From positions 8,703,662-8,767,661 of the forward strand of contig NC_068981.1 in assembly GCF_001194135.2 (NCBI RefSeq): a stretch of DNA of 64,000 nucleotides, given 5' to 3'. The notes below the pieces were generated by a model. That model made no database searches and was not told the DNA's origin. It saw nothing but the letters and a program-made list of their open reading frames with translations. Positions 39,586-53,057 of this stretch are shown here, one piece after another (positions within the stretch are counted from its first letter, which is position 1; every line of letters begins with the position of its first letter). The translations under genes and the position numbers were made by a program. Origin of the DNA: Octopus bimaculoides (Eukaryota).

Positions 39586-40109
39586 CACACAGAGGCGCAT
39601 ACACACACACACACACACACATGCACACTTACCTATCACACACACAAAGTTAAACAGTAACTGCATGGCTGAAGTAGTTGCAGCTGACTCTCAGTTTTGA
39701 GTCGTGACTGCATGGTTGCCAGGAGCAGAATGAAACAGTGTCATGTGGTTGGCCAAAAGAAACACGACATTCCTCGAGGGCGGCGTCCATCTTGTGGGAG
39801 ATAAAGGAGAGAGTGGCAGCAATGGAACGGACTGGAAATGTCAGTCGTCAACAGGAAATGAAGGGATTATCCCCTAATATAGATTGCATAGGAAATACAA
39901 ATTAAACAGTGTGCATGTATATATGTATTCATGTATGTATGTATGTATGTATGTATGTATATGTGTATGTATATATATATACATACACACACATACATGC
40001 ACACACATACATACACACACATACATACATACATACATACATACATACGTACATATACACACATACGTACATACGCACACACATACATACACACACACAT
40101 ACATACATC

Positions 40110-40500
40110 TTTTGTTATTTCCTTGTTTCAGTCATTTGACAGCGAAATGAATCGACCCCAGAAATTATTTATTGCTATTCTTAAGCCTGGTACTTATTCT
40201 TTTCTATTCTAGGCAGAAGACCTAAAATTTGGGGGGAGGGGGTCAGTCGATTAGATCGATCCCAGTACGCAACTGGTACTTAATTTATCGACCCCGGAAG
40301 GATGAAAAGCAAAGTTGACCTGGGTGGAATTTGAACTCAGAATGTAAAGACAGACGAAATGCCGCTAAGCATTTCGCCCGGCGTGCTAACCATTCTGCCA
40401 GCTCACCGCCTTAGCGTCATTTATTCTATCGGTTCATTTGTCGAACCGATAAGTTACAGCGATAACACAAAACACCTGTTGTCAAGCGCTGGTGGGGGAA
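40110..40500 (-). mobile_element. Older SINE interrupted by the SINE at 40208-40410
   Basis: TTGTTTCAGTCATTTGAC...AATCGACCCCAG...AAGCCTGGTACTTATTCT resumes after the insert as TTATTCTATCGG...GAACCGATAAGT...TTGTCAAGCG. Confidence 0.6.
40208..40410 (-). mobile_element. Meta-like tRNA-derived SINE, near full length
   Basis: GGTACTTAATTTATCGACCCCGGAAGGATGAAAAGCAAAGTTGACC..GGAATTTGAACTCAGAA...CATTCTGCCAGCTCACCGCC. Confidence 0.9.
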
Positions 40501-40521
40501 AAACACAGTCTCGCACACACG

Positions 40522-40560
<39 letters not shown>

Positions 40561-40569
40561 TTATTTATT

Positions 40570-40722
40570 TATACAACAGGCTTCTTTCAGTTTCCGTCTA
40601 CCAAATCAACTCACAAGGCTTTGGCCGGTCCGAGGTTATGGTAGAAGACACTTGCCGAAGGTGCCATGCAGTTAGACTGAACCCGAACCATGTGGTTAGA
40701 AAGCAAGCCTCTTACCACACAG
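40570..40722 (-). mobile_element. CORE-like tRNA-derived SINE
   Basis: TTCTTTCAGTTTCCGTCTACCAAATC.ACTCACAAGGCTTTGG...GTAGAAGACACTTGCC.AAGGTGCCATGCAG...TTACCACACAGC. Confidence 0.85.
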
Positions 40723-40774
40723 CTAATATATATCTGTTGTGGGGGTGGGCATGTGTGCGTGCGAGCGTGCATGT

Positions 40775-41030
40775 GTCACGTGATCAGTGACCGATCAGGC
40801 TATCAGATGCTGTTACACATCGCTGGTCACAATGCGCTTTTTGCATTGTTTTAGCCTCAAATGACGCCACCCCGCGTGCTAGGCGAGCAGGCCAACACCC
40901 ACTTCCTGATCAAAAGGGACACTTGGGCAACGTGAAATGAAATGTTTTGCTCAAGAACGCAACGTACAGCCCAATCCGGGAATCGAACCTACGATCTAGC
41001 GATCGTGAGTGCAACAACCTAACCACATGT
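40775..41030 (-). mobile_element. tRNA-derived SINE (third family)
   Basis: Reverse complement of the head GTGGTTAGGTTGTTGCACTCACGATCG...GGTTCGATTCC and tail GATAGCCTGATCGGTCACTGATCACGTGAC; tail homologous to 63545-63720. Confidence 0.82.
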
Positions 41031-41209
41031 ATATGTACATGTATGTAATGTAGTCGTTGGTTATGACCGATCAGAAAGTAACCATTGGCTTCACTTCTCT
41101 TATTACTCTTATCAATATAGGCGACACATCAGACCTGCTGGCTGGAGGCACAGAACCTCTTTACTAATCATTAATAAAGAGCTCATGTGCCTCTTTATAT
41201 GTGTGTGTG

Positions 41210-41275
41210 TGTGATGGAATCGTAGGTTCGATTCCCTGATTGGGCAGTGCGTTGTGTTCTTGAGAAAAACTCTTC
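41210..41275 (+). mobile_element. SINE head fragment, inverted relative to 40950-40995
   Basis: ATCGTAGGTTCGATTCCCTGATTGGGCAGTGCGTTGTGTTCTTGAG. Confidence 0.8.
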
Positions 41276-41290
41276 ATATATATATATCTA

Positions 41291-41325
<35 letters not shown>

Positions 41326-41706
41326 NNNNNNNNNNNNNNNNNNNNNNNNNNNNNNNNNNNNNNNNNNNNNNNNNNNNNNNNNNNNNNNNNNNNNNNNNNN
41401 NNNNNNNNNNNNNNNNNNNNNNNNNNNNNNNNNNNNNNNNNNNNNNNNNNNNNNNNNNNNNNNNNNNNNNNNNNNNNNNNNNNNNNNNNNNNNNNNNNNN
41501 NNNNNNNNNNNNNNNNNNNNNNNNNNNNNNNNNNNNNNNNNNNNNNNNNNNNNNNNNNNNNNNNNNNNNNNNNNNNNNNNNNNNNNNNNNNNNNNNNNNN
41601 NNNNNNNNNNNNNNNNNNNNNNNNNNNNNNNNNNNNNNNNNNNNNNNNNNNNNNNNNNNNNNNNNNNNNNNNNNNNNNNNNNNNNNNNNNNNNNNNNNNN
41701 NNNNNN

Positions 41707-41940
41707 GAAGAAAAGAAAGGTAGTTTTTACGTTTCGAGCAAAGCTCTTCGTCAGAAACAAGAGACGGATGCTATATATATATATACATTCCCCAAAAACG
41801 AACAAACAAGAGAAAAAAATCTCGAGGACGTGGTACATGCAAAGTATTAGTAGACGCTCAGGGAAGAAAAGAAAGGTAGTTTTTACGTTTCGAGCAAAGC
41901 TCTTCGTCAGAAACAAGAGACGGATGCTATATATATATAT
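41707..41940 (-). mobile_element. Penelope-like terminal repeat, tandemly duplicated
   Basis: About 77 bp (GAAGAAAAGAAAGGTAG...TTTCGAGCAAAGCTCTTCGTCAG...GCTATATAT) occurs at 41707 and 41862; the reverse complement has the TGACGAAGAGC...CGAAACG end motif. Confidence 0.6.
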
Positions 41941-42059
41941 ACGCGATGGAATATCGAGTCGAAGCCGACGTATGAGTGTTCAGTTTTGCTGAACGTCCTG
42001 CACAAATGATTTGTTTCTAGTGATCCAATGTATGTGCTGTACATTCGCTCATTCCACTA

Positions 42060-42228
42060 ACTCAAGGTTGCTTGTAGCAAGAGCATGGTGTACCGCACGT
42101 CAGGAGTTGAAGCGATCATAGAGCAATGTGAGATGAAGGGTCTTGCTCAAGAACACAACGCTCCGCACTGTCCAAGAATCAAAACCACGATCTCGCGATC
42201 GTGAATGCAACACTCTACCCATGTGGCT
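42060..42228 (-). mobile_element. SINE fragment, same family as 40775-41030
   Basis: TCTTGCTCAAGAACACAACG...GAATCAAAACCACGATCTCGCGATCGTGAATGCAACACTCTA. Confidence 0.75.
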
Positions 42229-42607
42229 ATCGTAACAGAAGGCTGGAAAAATTTGGTTTCTTTTTAATTGCATGTTACACGTGTTTCATCACGAGACAGA
42301 CATCCAAACCTAATACGACCTTTTAATCTTTGAAGAATCACAGATAGGAGATCCTATACATGTTTTTTTTTCTACATGTGCACCTTTGTAACTCCTATCC
42401 TGTAATGAAACATGTGCAGCATGGAATTAAAAATATACCAAACTTATTCCAGTCGTCTCATTTGATTTTAGTGAATTACTCTCCAAATCGAATTCACTAG
42501 AAATTTCAAATGTTAATCTCATGCGAATAAAATATCTAAATACACACATTGGATTGATGTGAACGATGTGGTACACGACGACACAGCTTCGATTAGAACC
42601 TCTTATA

Positions 42608-42830
42608 CAGTAATCCCTCGATTATCGCGGGTGTTACGTTCCAAAACACACCGCGATGGGTGAAAATCCGCGAAGTAGAAACAGCACTGTACTGTATATT
42701 TTTTTTATAATTTTTATAATTTCTATATATTTACTTTTATTATAAATGCAAAACAACACCACAGAGGAATCGACGTAAGCTTAAATGATAAACCGCGATA
42801 GGTGAACCGCGATATGGCGAAGGATTACTG
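42608..42830. mobile_element. Complete Tigger/pogo-derived MITE (223 bp)
   Basis: TIRs CAGTAATCCCTCGATTATCGCGG and CCGCGATATGGCGAAGGATTACTG with TA target duplications at 42606-42607 and 42831-42832. Confidence 0.92.
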
Positions 42831-42836
42831 TATGCA

Positions 42837-42867
<31 letters not shown>

Positions 42868-43095
42868 NNNNNNNNNNNNNNNNNNNNNNNNNNNNNNNNN
42901 NNNNNNNNNNNNNNNNNNNNNNNNNNNNNNNNNNNNNNNNNNNNNNNNNNNNNNNNNNNNNNNNNNNNNNNNNNNNNNNNNNNNNNNNNNNNNNNNNNNN
43001 NNNNNNNNNNNNNNNNNNNNNNNNNNNNNNNNNNNNNNNNNNNNNNNNNNNNNNNNNNNNNNNNNNNNNNNNNNNNNNNNNNNNNNNNNNNNNNN

Positions 43096-43777
43096 TTCTG
43101 CCGCGAGAAGCCACTTGATGCAACCCTCAGGCATCAGTCTGTCGACCAGCGTTGTCTGATGAAGTGGTACTACGACGTAGTGCGCCTTTGTTTTGCAGTG
43201 CTTCTCCTGTTTTTCGATTTTTGCGATAGCTGAAACGAAGGAAGAGCATGCTTCCATGAAATTCTATTTACTGCTGGTGAAAAAGGCGGCCAAAACAGTT
43301 GTCATGCTTCAAACAGCTTACAAGGACGCTGCCATGAGCAAAACACGAGTTTACGAGTAGTTTCCACGCTTTAGGAATGGTCACTTGTCGCTTGAAGACC
43401 GACCACGTTCAGGACGACCGTCGACCTCCCGAACGAATGAAAACATCATGAAAATTGATGACCTGATCTTAGAGGACAGTCACCGAACAATTGAACAGTT
43501 GGAAGTTGATCCGGACCACTTTTCAAAGGTCATCACTGGTGACGAAAGCTGGTGCTACGGAATTTTCAGATGCGGAAGAGGTGAAGAAAAAAAACGACGA
43601 AGGCGTTAAAAGGCAATCACTTCGCAAGAGTTCCAGCTCTACTTCGAACAGTGGAAAATGCGTCTGGACCGATTCATTGCTTCAAATGGAGAATACTTTG
43701 AAGGCGATAAAAGTGTAAACATGTAAAAAATAACTGAATAAAACAATATTCCGGTTTCCTTTGGGTAACCCATCGTA
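43096..43777 (+). mobile_element. Internally deleted mariner transposon (irritans-like)
   Basis: HTH region ...MSKTRVYE.F.RFRNG..SLEDRPRSGRPSTS, catalytic VITGDESWCYG, C-terminus QWKMRLDRFIASNGEYFEGD; right end TTCCGGTTTCCTTTGGGTAACCCATCGTA; left end lost in a gap. Confidence 0.92.
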
Positions 43778-43921
43778 TGTATGTATGTATGTATGTATGT
43801 ATGTATGTAGGTATTATGTAGGTATGTATGTATGTGCGTAGGTGTATATGTGCATGTATGCATGTACGTATACACACGTACATACATGTACTATACGCAA
43901 ACATTTATGCAAACACACGTT

Positions 43922-43959
<38 letters not shown>

Positions 43960-45143
43960 TATGTCTACGTATGTGTGTGTGTCTACGTATGTAGACACAC
44001 ACAAGCGCAAAAGAAGGAGAGGGAAATGTGGTTGAAAAAGAGAGAGTGAGAGGTGCAGCACGAGATTTGACAATATGTTACGTCGTGGGTTCGCATTCTA
44101 AGCCAGTCAATATAGTTTACATTACACCCAAGGGTCCAGACGTTGAAAATGTGTCAATTATACTGGTTGTAAGGTTAGTAAAAAATATTGACATTTTTGA
44201 AGAATAAACCATTCCCATAACGAAAACCGGAAGCAACTTTCGTCATGAACGAAAGTAAAATTCTATGATAAACCTTGTAAACTCTGAAATAATTTCGTTG
44301 CAAACACAGAGAAGAACAAAGAGGAAAATCTGGCAAAAGCGACGCCATTTCTATATTTTGATAAACTCAGTGTCTGCCTGTTCAACAGACAGGGAATTTG
44401 GCTTTGCCTCCACAAATATCTGGTTATTAGTTCAAATTCACTGCAAGACACAGTGAACAAATGTGTTCTACAGATGCTTGACGTTGAGCCAAACCTTGTG
44501 AAAGACCATCGAAAGGGTTTTCGTAGTCTTGGATTGCAGACTGATTCTGTTCCCTAGTTTAACACCGCTGTTTGGTCCATAGGGGTTTTAACAGTGTTCA
44601 TCTCTTAAAAGCAGAAATAGGGCCATAGAATCAGTCTCAAGGGAATTTCTTTCCATCTTTCTCAGAGCCTACGACAAATGGTCACGTCAGCTTCCACCCC
44701 CTCTGACGATATCTCGTAAAAATGAACCAGAAACAACAACAAAAAAAAGAGATTAATTTATTAGGTTTACGAAATATTGTTAAAAATAAATGGTTCCTTT
44801 CTACCAGGAAGCCGTTAACGGCATTTCTCTTCTGTTGTGGCAAGATTTTAAAGCACTGTCATGGCAAATGTATGCACGCATATGCGTATATAAGCATGTG
44901 CGTGTGATGTGTGCGCACGTATGTTTATGTATATGTGTATGGTGTATGCGCGTGTGGTTCCAGTAAATGTATGTGTCACCCTCGGGCTACAAGCAACGCC
45001 CTCTATCATGTGATATAATTTTCTAGTTGTGCCTGTGTATGTTTGAGAGTGTATATCTGCACACACACACATGAACACTTATAGCCACAGCCTTAGGGCT
45101 GGAACGTCTAAAAGAATAAAAGCATAAAAGCATAAAAGCATAA

Positions 45144-45217
<74 letters not shown>

Positions 45218-45425
45218 GTATGTATGTATGTATATATTTATGCATATATATAAATATATGCAAATATTCGCACATGTATATATGCATACATGTACACACA
45301 GACATTTTATACATGCACGTATATATGCATATATACATGCATCAAATGTACGCACATGCAGTACATATATACAAATACATATAAAATTTTGTATAGAAAT
45401 GTATATGCATGTGTTTATGCATATA

Positions 45426-45478
<53 letters not shown>

Positions 45479-45787
45479 ACATACACACACATGAATACAT
45501 TTAACTGTAGCAACAATTACAGAATTTGCTGTGTGTATGATTTGTTGTGTGTACGTGTGTATGTCTGTGCATATGTGTGTAAGCGCATGTGTTTGTGGAT
45601 TTGCGCAGATAGATCTGTGTATGTGTACCTGTGTGTGTGTGTATATATGTACGTGTGCGTGTCGTTGTGCATACCAAACGTGATTGTTCGGGAAAATAAA
45701 TTTAATGAGAAAACAATTCCTATATTCTAAAATGTAAATAGTTGTACAGTGGTGTGATTGTATGAACTTTACAAAGGACAACTGGTT

Positions 45788-45872
<85 letters not shown>

Positions 45873-48802
45873 GTGTATGTGTGTGTATGTGGTGGAGTAG
45901 ATGTAGGTGTCTATATAACATATCACTGTCAATTGGGTGGAGAAAGCAACGAGAAACGAAGGAGAGCAAAAATTGCCATTTGAAATAAAGTTTAAGTTAA
46001 CTCGAAAACGTTAGAACATTCCTCGTCTGCTGCGTATTCATTCTGGCAATGAGCCTTTCGAGGCACAAGTCTACAGGCCATAAAATGAATGCAGACATTT
46101 CCAGAAATATTAACACCTGTCCCTGTGATCGTTGCTAATTCTTTTTCTTCAGCTGTTATGTGTACATCTTCTCTAGGATAGGATATAGGCCATTATAATT
46201 AACTTTTTTTTCAAGAATTCTTTCAGTTTGTCAATGAAATTCTCACCATTTGTTACTATAAAGGACACTGAAATCTGTTTGAGGCTTTTAATTTTAAAAA
46301 CTTTTTATTTTGATCGTAAACAAAAAAACGTTGTCATTCCTACGAACGACAAACATCAAGATAGTTGAAAGCTTATTGCTTTTAGGCTAGGTGTGATAGT
46401 AGTGGCTGTCATGAATTTCTTGATGTTAACTGGTCACTGTGTGTTTTAGTCGCTGTCCGTCCATTGTTTTTGTGTTGTGACTGCGCTTTGGCCAGCTGCT
46501 GGTTCTGCTACTGTCGTGATCCTGCTCACAAAAAGGGTGCCAAAGATGAAACTGTTGCTAGATCCGGTTCCACATGAAATTTTGAATGGTCAGATCTATT
46601 TATCGTGATCGTATTCTTGAATTGCACTTTTTTTTTTTTTTTTTGCATCGGATATGGTGATCCGGGTTCCATTGCTAAATATTCGTGCAGTATTTTTTTG
46701 TTTACTATAAAAATAAATATTTCTTTATTAAAAATCTCAAACAGAATTCTGTATTCCTTACCATATCACAACTACAGGAGTTGTCAAAGTCATGGAAGGT
46801 TAGGAATTTGCTTCGTAAAAATAGGTTTCGGTTTCAGTCTCACTGGTCGACGTTTTGAATTGAAACTTTCTTCTCTAAATAACTGAAGGATTGGTCTATT
46901 TATTGTATGACATATTAGTTGAGATTTGCCTGTGTTACAGACGAGAAATGAAAAAGGGAGATAATTTCAGTAAATTCTCTCAAAGTTAATCTTGGTACCC
47001 ACCAAAACTTTGTGGGTGAAACTGTTAAATAGAAACTATGTTGAAGCCTGGCAGAGAAACCATTAGCGTTGTTGTGTGGTAGACTTAATCCATTGCCAGG
47101 TTTCGCATCACCACCTTGCCTTTGGTCTGACATACGTAGCCTCCTTGAATTTGAACCCCACCCTCTCTGTTGAATCGCCAGTATTCTACCGATTCGGTGA
47201 TCCGAACAGATTTTTATAGATTTCACATTTATTTCAGAATTTCTGCAATTAATTTTTTTTTAAATGCTTTCAAAGAAATGCTAGAGTGCCGTACTAAATG
47301 TCTTATACTAGCTCTGCTTTTTTCTGACTTCAAATCTCGATCTATACTCCGAGTATTTGTTTATCGATGCCAATAGAATAGACTCGAGTTATATTGCATT
47401 GTTACAACTTGATCAACATTTCTGTCATCAAAAACACTCCGGCTGTGACCGATTTTTCAATCATTGTACACTATTAAAGGTATCCTTCCTTTTTTAAAAT
47501 TTTTATAGAGATGGAGATTTAGCTGGTATTACTATCAAGTCAGTTATCTCGTTCACTTATATATTCTGGTATCGATATTCTTGCACATTTTATGGATTCT
47601 AGTGTTGTCTTAGATTAAAAGGAACTAGAATTTCTTTCAGTTTGGTGAACAAGTCTGATCCAGGCCGAGTGAAAGTCTGATGCAAGGGCCCTGCGAAATT
47701 GGACCCCATAGAACACGAACCACTGATTCTTCGGCTTGATGGCTTCATGCAGAATCGATGCAGCCTCTCCATGTTCTATATATTTTCTTGCAAACAAACA
47801 AAACGAATTTACATGGTATGTTGATCTGTTTGATTCTGACAGAGAAATTCAGGTAAAAAAAAGTTTAAAAGGTTCGGGAGGAAGAAATTTCACGAGATGA
47901 TAGGGGCAGTATTGAACTCACAACTCAAACTTTAAAAAATTCAAGTATAGAACAACACAACCATTTTGTCAGGAAAACAATTCGACTGTATCGATATCGA
48001 TAGAAAAATGAAACTTCAAACAGAACAACAACAAAAACATAGCGCTGGATTAACCATGCAAGATGGGGGGCACCATAGAAATGGTAAAGGTTTACGGCAC
48101 AAAAGAAATCACTTTAAATTTGCTAAAGTAATATTCGCTATGATAACTGGTGTCATGGTGTCAAAGCGAGGATCTGATCAAAGAATTTACATTTAAAACA
48201 ATAGGAGAATAGTTGATATGCAAGATAAATAAAATGGAAGTATACAGAAATAAACATGATTTTTCCTTTTGCCGTTAGTTTTGTTTCTTTTTGAAAAGTA
48301 TAAATTATTTTATGGATTATTATTGTTTATATTCATGAGGGCACGAAAATCTTTTAAGTGCTGAAGCCTTTTATGGGTCTCAACCCTAACCCTGCAACAA
48401 CGGCAGCATAACAAACAACAATAACAACATTAACAGAAACAGTAAAAAAAAACAGTAATGTCTAGTTGACATTGACCTTCCGATGTTTAGAATGGAGATC
48501 TGCTTAACAGGTTGAAATTAATATTGTAGATATAAGTTGGAGTAGGGAACAGGAAAATGCCCCATATATTTTTCCTATTGTCTCTCTAGTACTCTCCAGT
48601 GCTCCCTCTCTCTGTTTCTTTTTCCCTCTCTTCTTTTATCTTCTCTTTCTCACGAGACTCCAATAAATCCGAAACGTCAAAACATCCCTTCTTTCTTCAG
48701 CGTAAAACTAATAACAGGTATCGTCTTATTTCTTTATATTGCTCTTCTTCATTTCATTTCACTTTTGAATATACATATGTATATATGTGTGTGTGTGTGT
48801 GT

Positions 48803-48842
<40 letters not shown>

Positions 48843-49859
48843 TGTATGTGTGTGTGTGTATGTGTGTGTGTGTGTGTGTGTGTGTACACATGCATGCCGA
48901 CGCACACACATGCGCACACACATGAAAAGAACGTAGCTCCGATAACGGATAGAGTCACTATTGAAGAGGTTGCAAGAAGTAACGAAAAATTTAGAAAAAT
49001 AAAATAAATAAATGAGTGGAAATCGAACCGGTGAGTGTGTTAATCAATAGGGCATTGGACGGAGGAGGGACGGGTGGATGGGTGGATAGAAAACCGTACA
49101 ACGGATATTGCTCGGAAATGCTAGCAGAGTTGTATTGTGATGTAAACAACTGGAATGATGATGATGAGGAGGAGGAGGAGGATGGAGAAGAGAATAGCCA
49201 TCTTTACATTTTTCTTACACACACACATTGGCACACATACTTACACATACGCACATAGGTGTTTGTATGTGTATGTACTGTGTGTATGTACTGTGTGTAT
49301 GTATGTATGTATGTATAAAAACATATATATATATATTATGTGTGTGTGTGTGTGTTTGTATGTGTATGTATGTAGGTATATATGTATACACACACACTCA
49401 CACACACACACACACACACACTCACACCAGTGTATCGAGGTCGGCAAGACAACCTAATACGGGTGGAAACACATGTTATAAACAAAGCGAGTGATGATGA
49501 TAAAGTTTATTGTACTGAAGAGCACGCAGAGTAGGATAGAGAGAGAGAGAGGGAAAGAGGGAGAAAGAGAGAGAGAGAGAGGAACAGGAAGAGGGGAAGA
49601 AGTGGGAGGAAGAAGAAGACAGGAACGTGGGGGGGGGGAGAGCTGTGTTAGTCAGAGTTAGTAACAACAACAACAACAACAACATCAGTGATTTGTAATT
49701 AGCTGAGAAATAGAATTGCTGACAACATCACCATATGTAAGGACGTATACATACATACACACATGCATACATACATACATACATGCATACACACACATAC
49801 ATACACACATGCATACATACATACATGCGCTCTCACACTTGCACGCACATACGCATACT

Positions 49860-49958
<99 letters not shown>

Positions 49959-50261
49959 CACATATACACCTCCCCACATATATGTATATAAGCTCGTGTA
50001 TTTGTTTGTGTATATATCTTTGTGCATGTATGAGGATATGAAAGGATATATGGGTGTGCATTTGTATGTATGTTTAATACACACACACACACACACGCAT
50101 ACAGACACACATGCTTACGCACACATATATAGTAATAAGTAGATAGATATATAGATAACTGGAAACATGTACACATTCATGTACGATACCTTAATGTTGA
50201 TATACGTATGTAGATTCTTGTATATACATACATGCACCAAAAGGGACAACGCTGATATGCA

Positions 50262-50306
<45 letters not shown>

Positions 50307-50635
50307 NNNNNNNNNNNNNNNNNNNNNNNNNNNNNNNNNNNNNNNNNNNNNNNNNNNNNNNNNNNNNNNNNNNNNNNNNNNNNNNNNNNNNNNNNNNNNN
50401 NNNNNNNNNNNNNNNNNNNNNNNNNNNNNNNNNNNNNNNNNNNNNNNNNNNNNNNNNNNNNNNNNNNNNNNNNNNNNNNNNNNNNNNNNNNNNNNNNNNN
50501 NNNNNNNNNNNNNNNNNNNNNNNNNNNNNNNNNNNNNNNNNNNNNNNNTATAATTGTATGTAAGGTTCATATTTACGACATTGGAAATGCGTGTGTGGAA
50601 GAAAGAAGGAAAAAGATAAAAAGATCGAAATAAAC

Positions 50636-50714
<79 letters not shown>

Positions 50715-51048
50715 GGAAAAGAAACTGTGTGGGCCGTGTTGAAGACTGCGTTTTGTTTGGTTCAGTGAAGAAATGGAAATACATCCGGAAAACAAATAAA
50801 TATATAATTTAAGCAATTAACGAAACCGAACATAATTAGAACAATGATAATGTTTAATCGAAGGTGCTCTGCTAACAACAACAACAACAACAAGAAAATT
50901 GGTAAAATAAATACATGAGACCAAAATACGCAAAAGCTGTCAAAGAGATTTGGAAGACAGGAACAACGAAGAAATGTGTAAAAAATCGTACGAACCTCTC
51001 ACAGGCAAAGCATCCACTCAGTCGTTTCTTCAGTCCAGACATGGTTTC

Positions 51049-51108
<60 letters not shown>

Positions 51109-51319
51109 AATAATGGTTGTGATGATGCTTCGGGAGGAATTGGTTAAAGTGTAGGAACAAAATGCCAGACCATTAATTCCACTGGCAGAAAGTGCGCGAC
51201 AGAGGCGGCGACGGAGGTTGACATGAGATAGGATGCAGTGAAGAGGAGATGTATTGTGGATACTGCAACAACCAGTGAAATGGTCCTGATGGAATAATGG
51301 TGTGAATGGTAAAGATTGA

Positions 51320-51361
<42 letters not shown>

Positions 51362-51566
51362 TCAGAAAAAGAGAGGGGCAAAGAGAGGAAGTGAGAGATT
51401 GAAGGAGAGAGTGCGTGGAAAGAAATGATAGACAGATGCGTGTAGGGAAGAAAGGGAGGCACAGAGAGAGAGAGAGAGAGAGAGAGAGGGGTGAGGGAGA
51501 AATGAAAGCAGAAACAGTGAGTGAATGCGTGTGTGTGTGTGGGGGGGGTGAGATAGATAGATAGAT

Positions 51567-51607
<41 letters not shown>

Positions 51608-52037
51608 GAGAGAGAGAGAGACGACCACCACCACTGCCGCTGTTGACAAGCAATATGTTATGCGATACCTCCACTCATTCGTTCAAAACGAATCTTATTT
51701 TCGTTTTTAAAAGTTGGTGCATATACACACATGCATGCCTACATGCACACACACACACACACACACACATGCATGCATGCATACATACATACATACATAC
51801 ATATATATACACGCTCGTTTAGATATACATTCATAATTGACACATTCACACAAATATATACACACATACATGATGTACAATAAGCATTCTTATATCATAT
51901 ATGCACATACACACAAAGTGAAGGAAAGAGAGAGAGCGAGAGAGAGAGAGAGAGCGAGAGAGAGAAGCAAAATATGTATTCGCACGCATGTTACTTTGGG
52001 ATGTCATCCGCGTGTAATACGATTAGTATGAGTGCGT

Positions 52038-52083
<46 letters not shown>

Positions 52084-53057
52084 GTGTACAAACGCACAGC
52101 CCTCTTTTTCGATAGCCACGCACTCCTTCTGCATGTTTGTATGCAGCCAAATCTGAGATTAAGATCCAAATATAACAACTGCCACGACACAGTTGCTATT
52201 CGCTTTATTTCTACAAAGTCTTCAATGATGGAACCGCTAAGATGTCACTTGACAATATATCGTCCATTGGAGATAGAAAATAACAACAGGTCCGTTGACA
52301 CGAGTTGAACCATCTAACTGTAGCTTACCAAGCTTCTACGCTACCCATTACGCTACAGGACGACTCCCATTCCAAGTCTCTCATACGGCATGTACTCTAC
52401 ATTGCTCCGGCTATTTTCACCCTACAAAGTTGTCTGCACCAGGTTCTAGTTAATCAGTCACAAAGCGCTAACACGATTGGTCACTCTACTAATATACAAC
52501 ACATGTTCTACTTCTGATCGAATCTCACTAAGGTCATTTCTTTATTTCATTCATCGAGGGGTCGATAAAATAAGTTCTAAACTAATATTGGTGTCGATTG
52601 TACCAATACACTTCTCATTCACACTTCGTCTTTTAAGTGAAAAAACAATTATTTTTACCCAGTTGTTTGCGGTATTTAGTTGCGATCTTTCTGGGTTCAA
52701 TTCTCGCTGAAGTCAACTTTACCCTGAATCCAGCCAAGTTAGTCAAATCATGTACCAGTCAGCTTCTAGGGTCCATTAAAATAACTAAAAAGTCTTACTG
52801 AATATGTAGCTGTGTCAAGGTGTCCGGGGACGCCCCCTCCCCTTTTCATTGAAGAGGAGATCAGTATAGATTGTAAACAATTATGTCCTAGGATAACTCC
52901 GAAAGAGGCAGGTTGAACGACCTTTACCGAGGGGCGGGTTGAAGCTTTTTAACTTCCGTCTCCCGACAATGCAAATGGTGTGAGGAAGGACATTGCTGGT
53001 TCGCCACAAGTTGTACACACGTATAGATGCTGCTACGAAGGGCTTTCTGTATAACTG

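Noticed and set aside
44288-44557. 89-codon stop-free frame (...VLQMLDVEPNLVKDHRKGF...)
   Set aside because: No homology recognised and no clear splice boundaries; several frames of this length are expected by chance in 64 kb.
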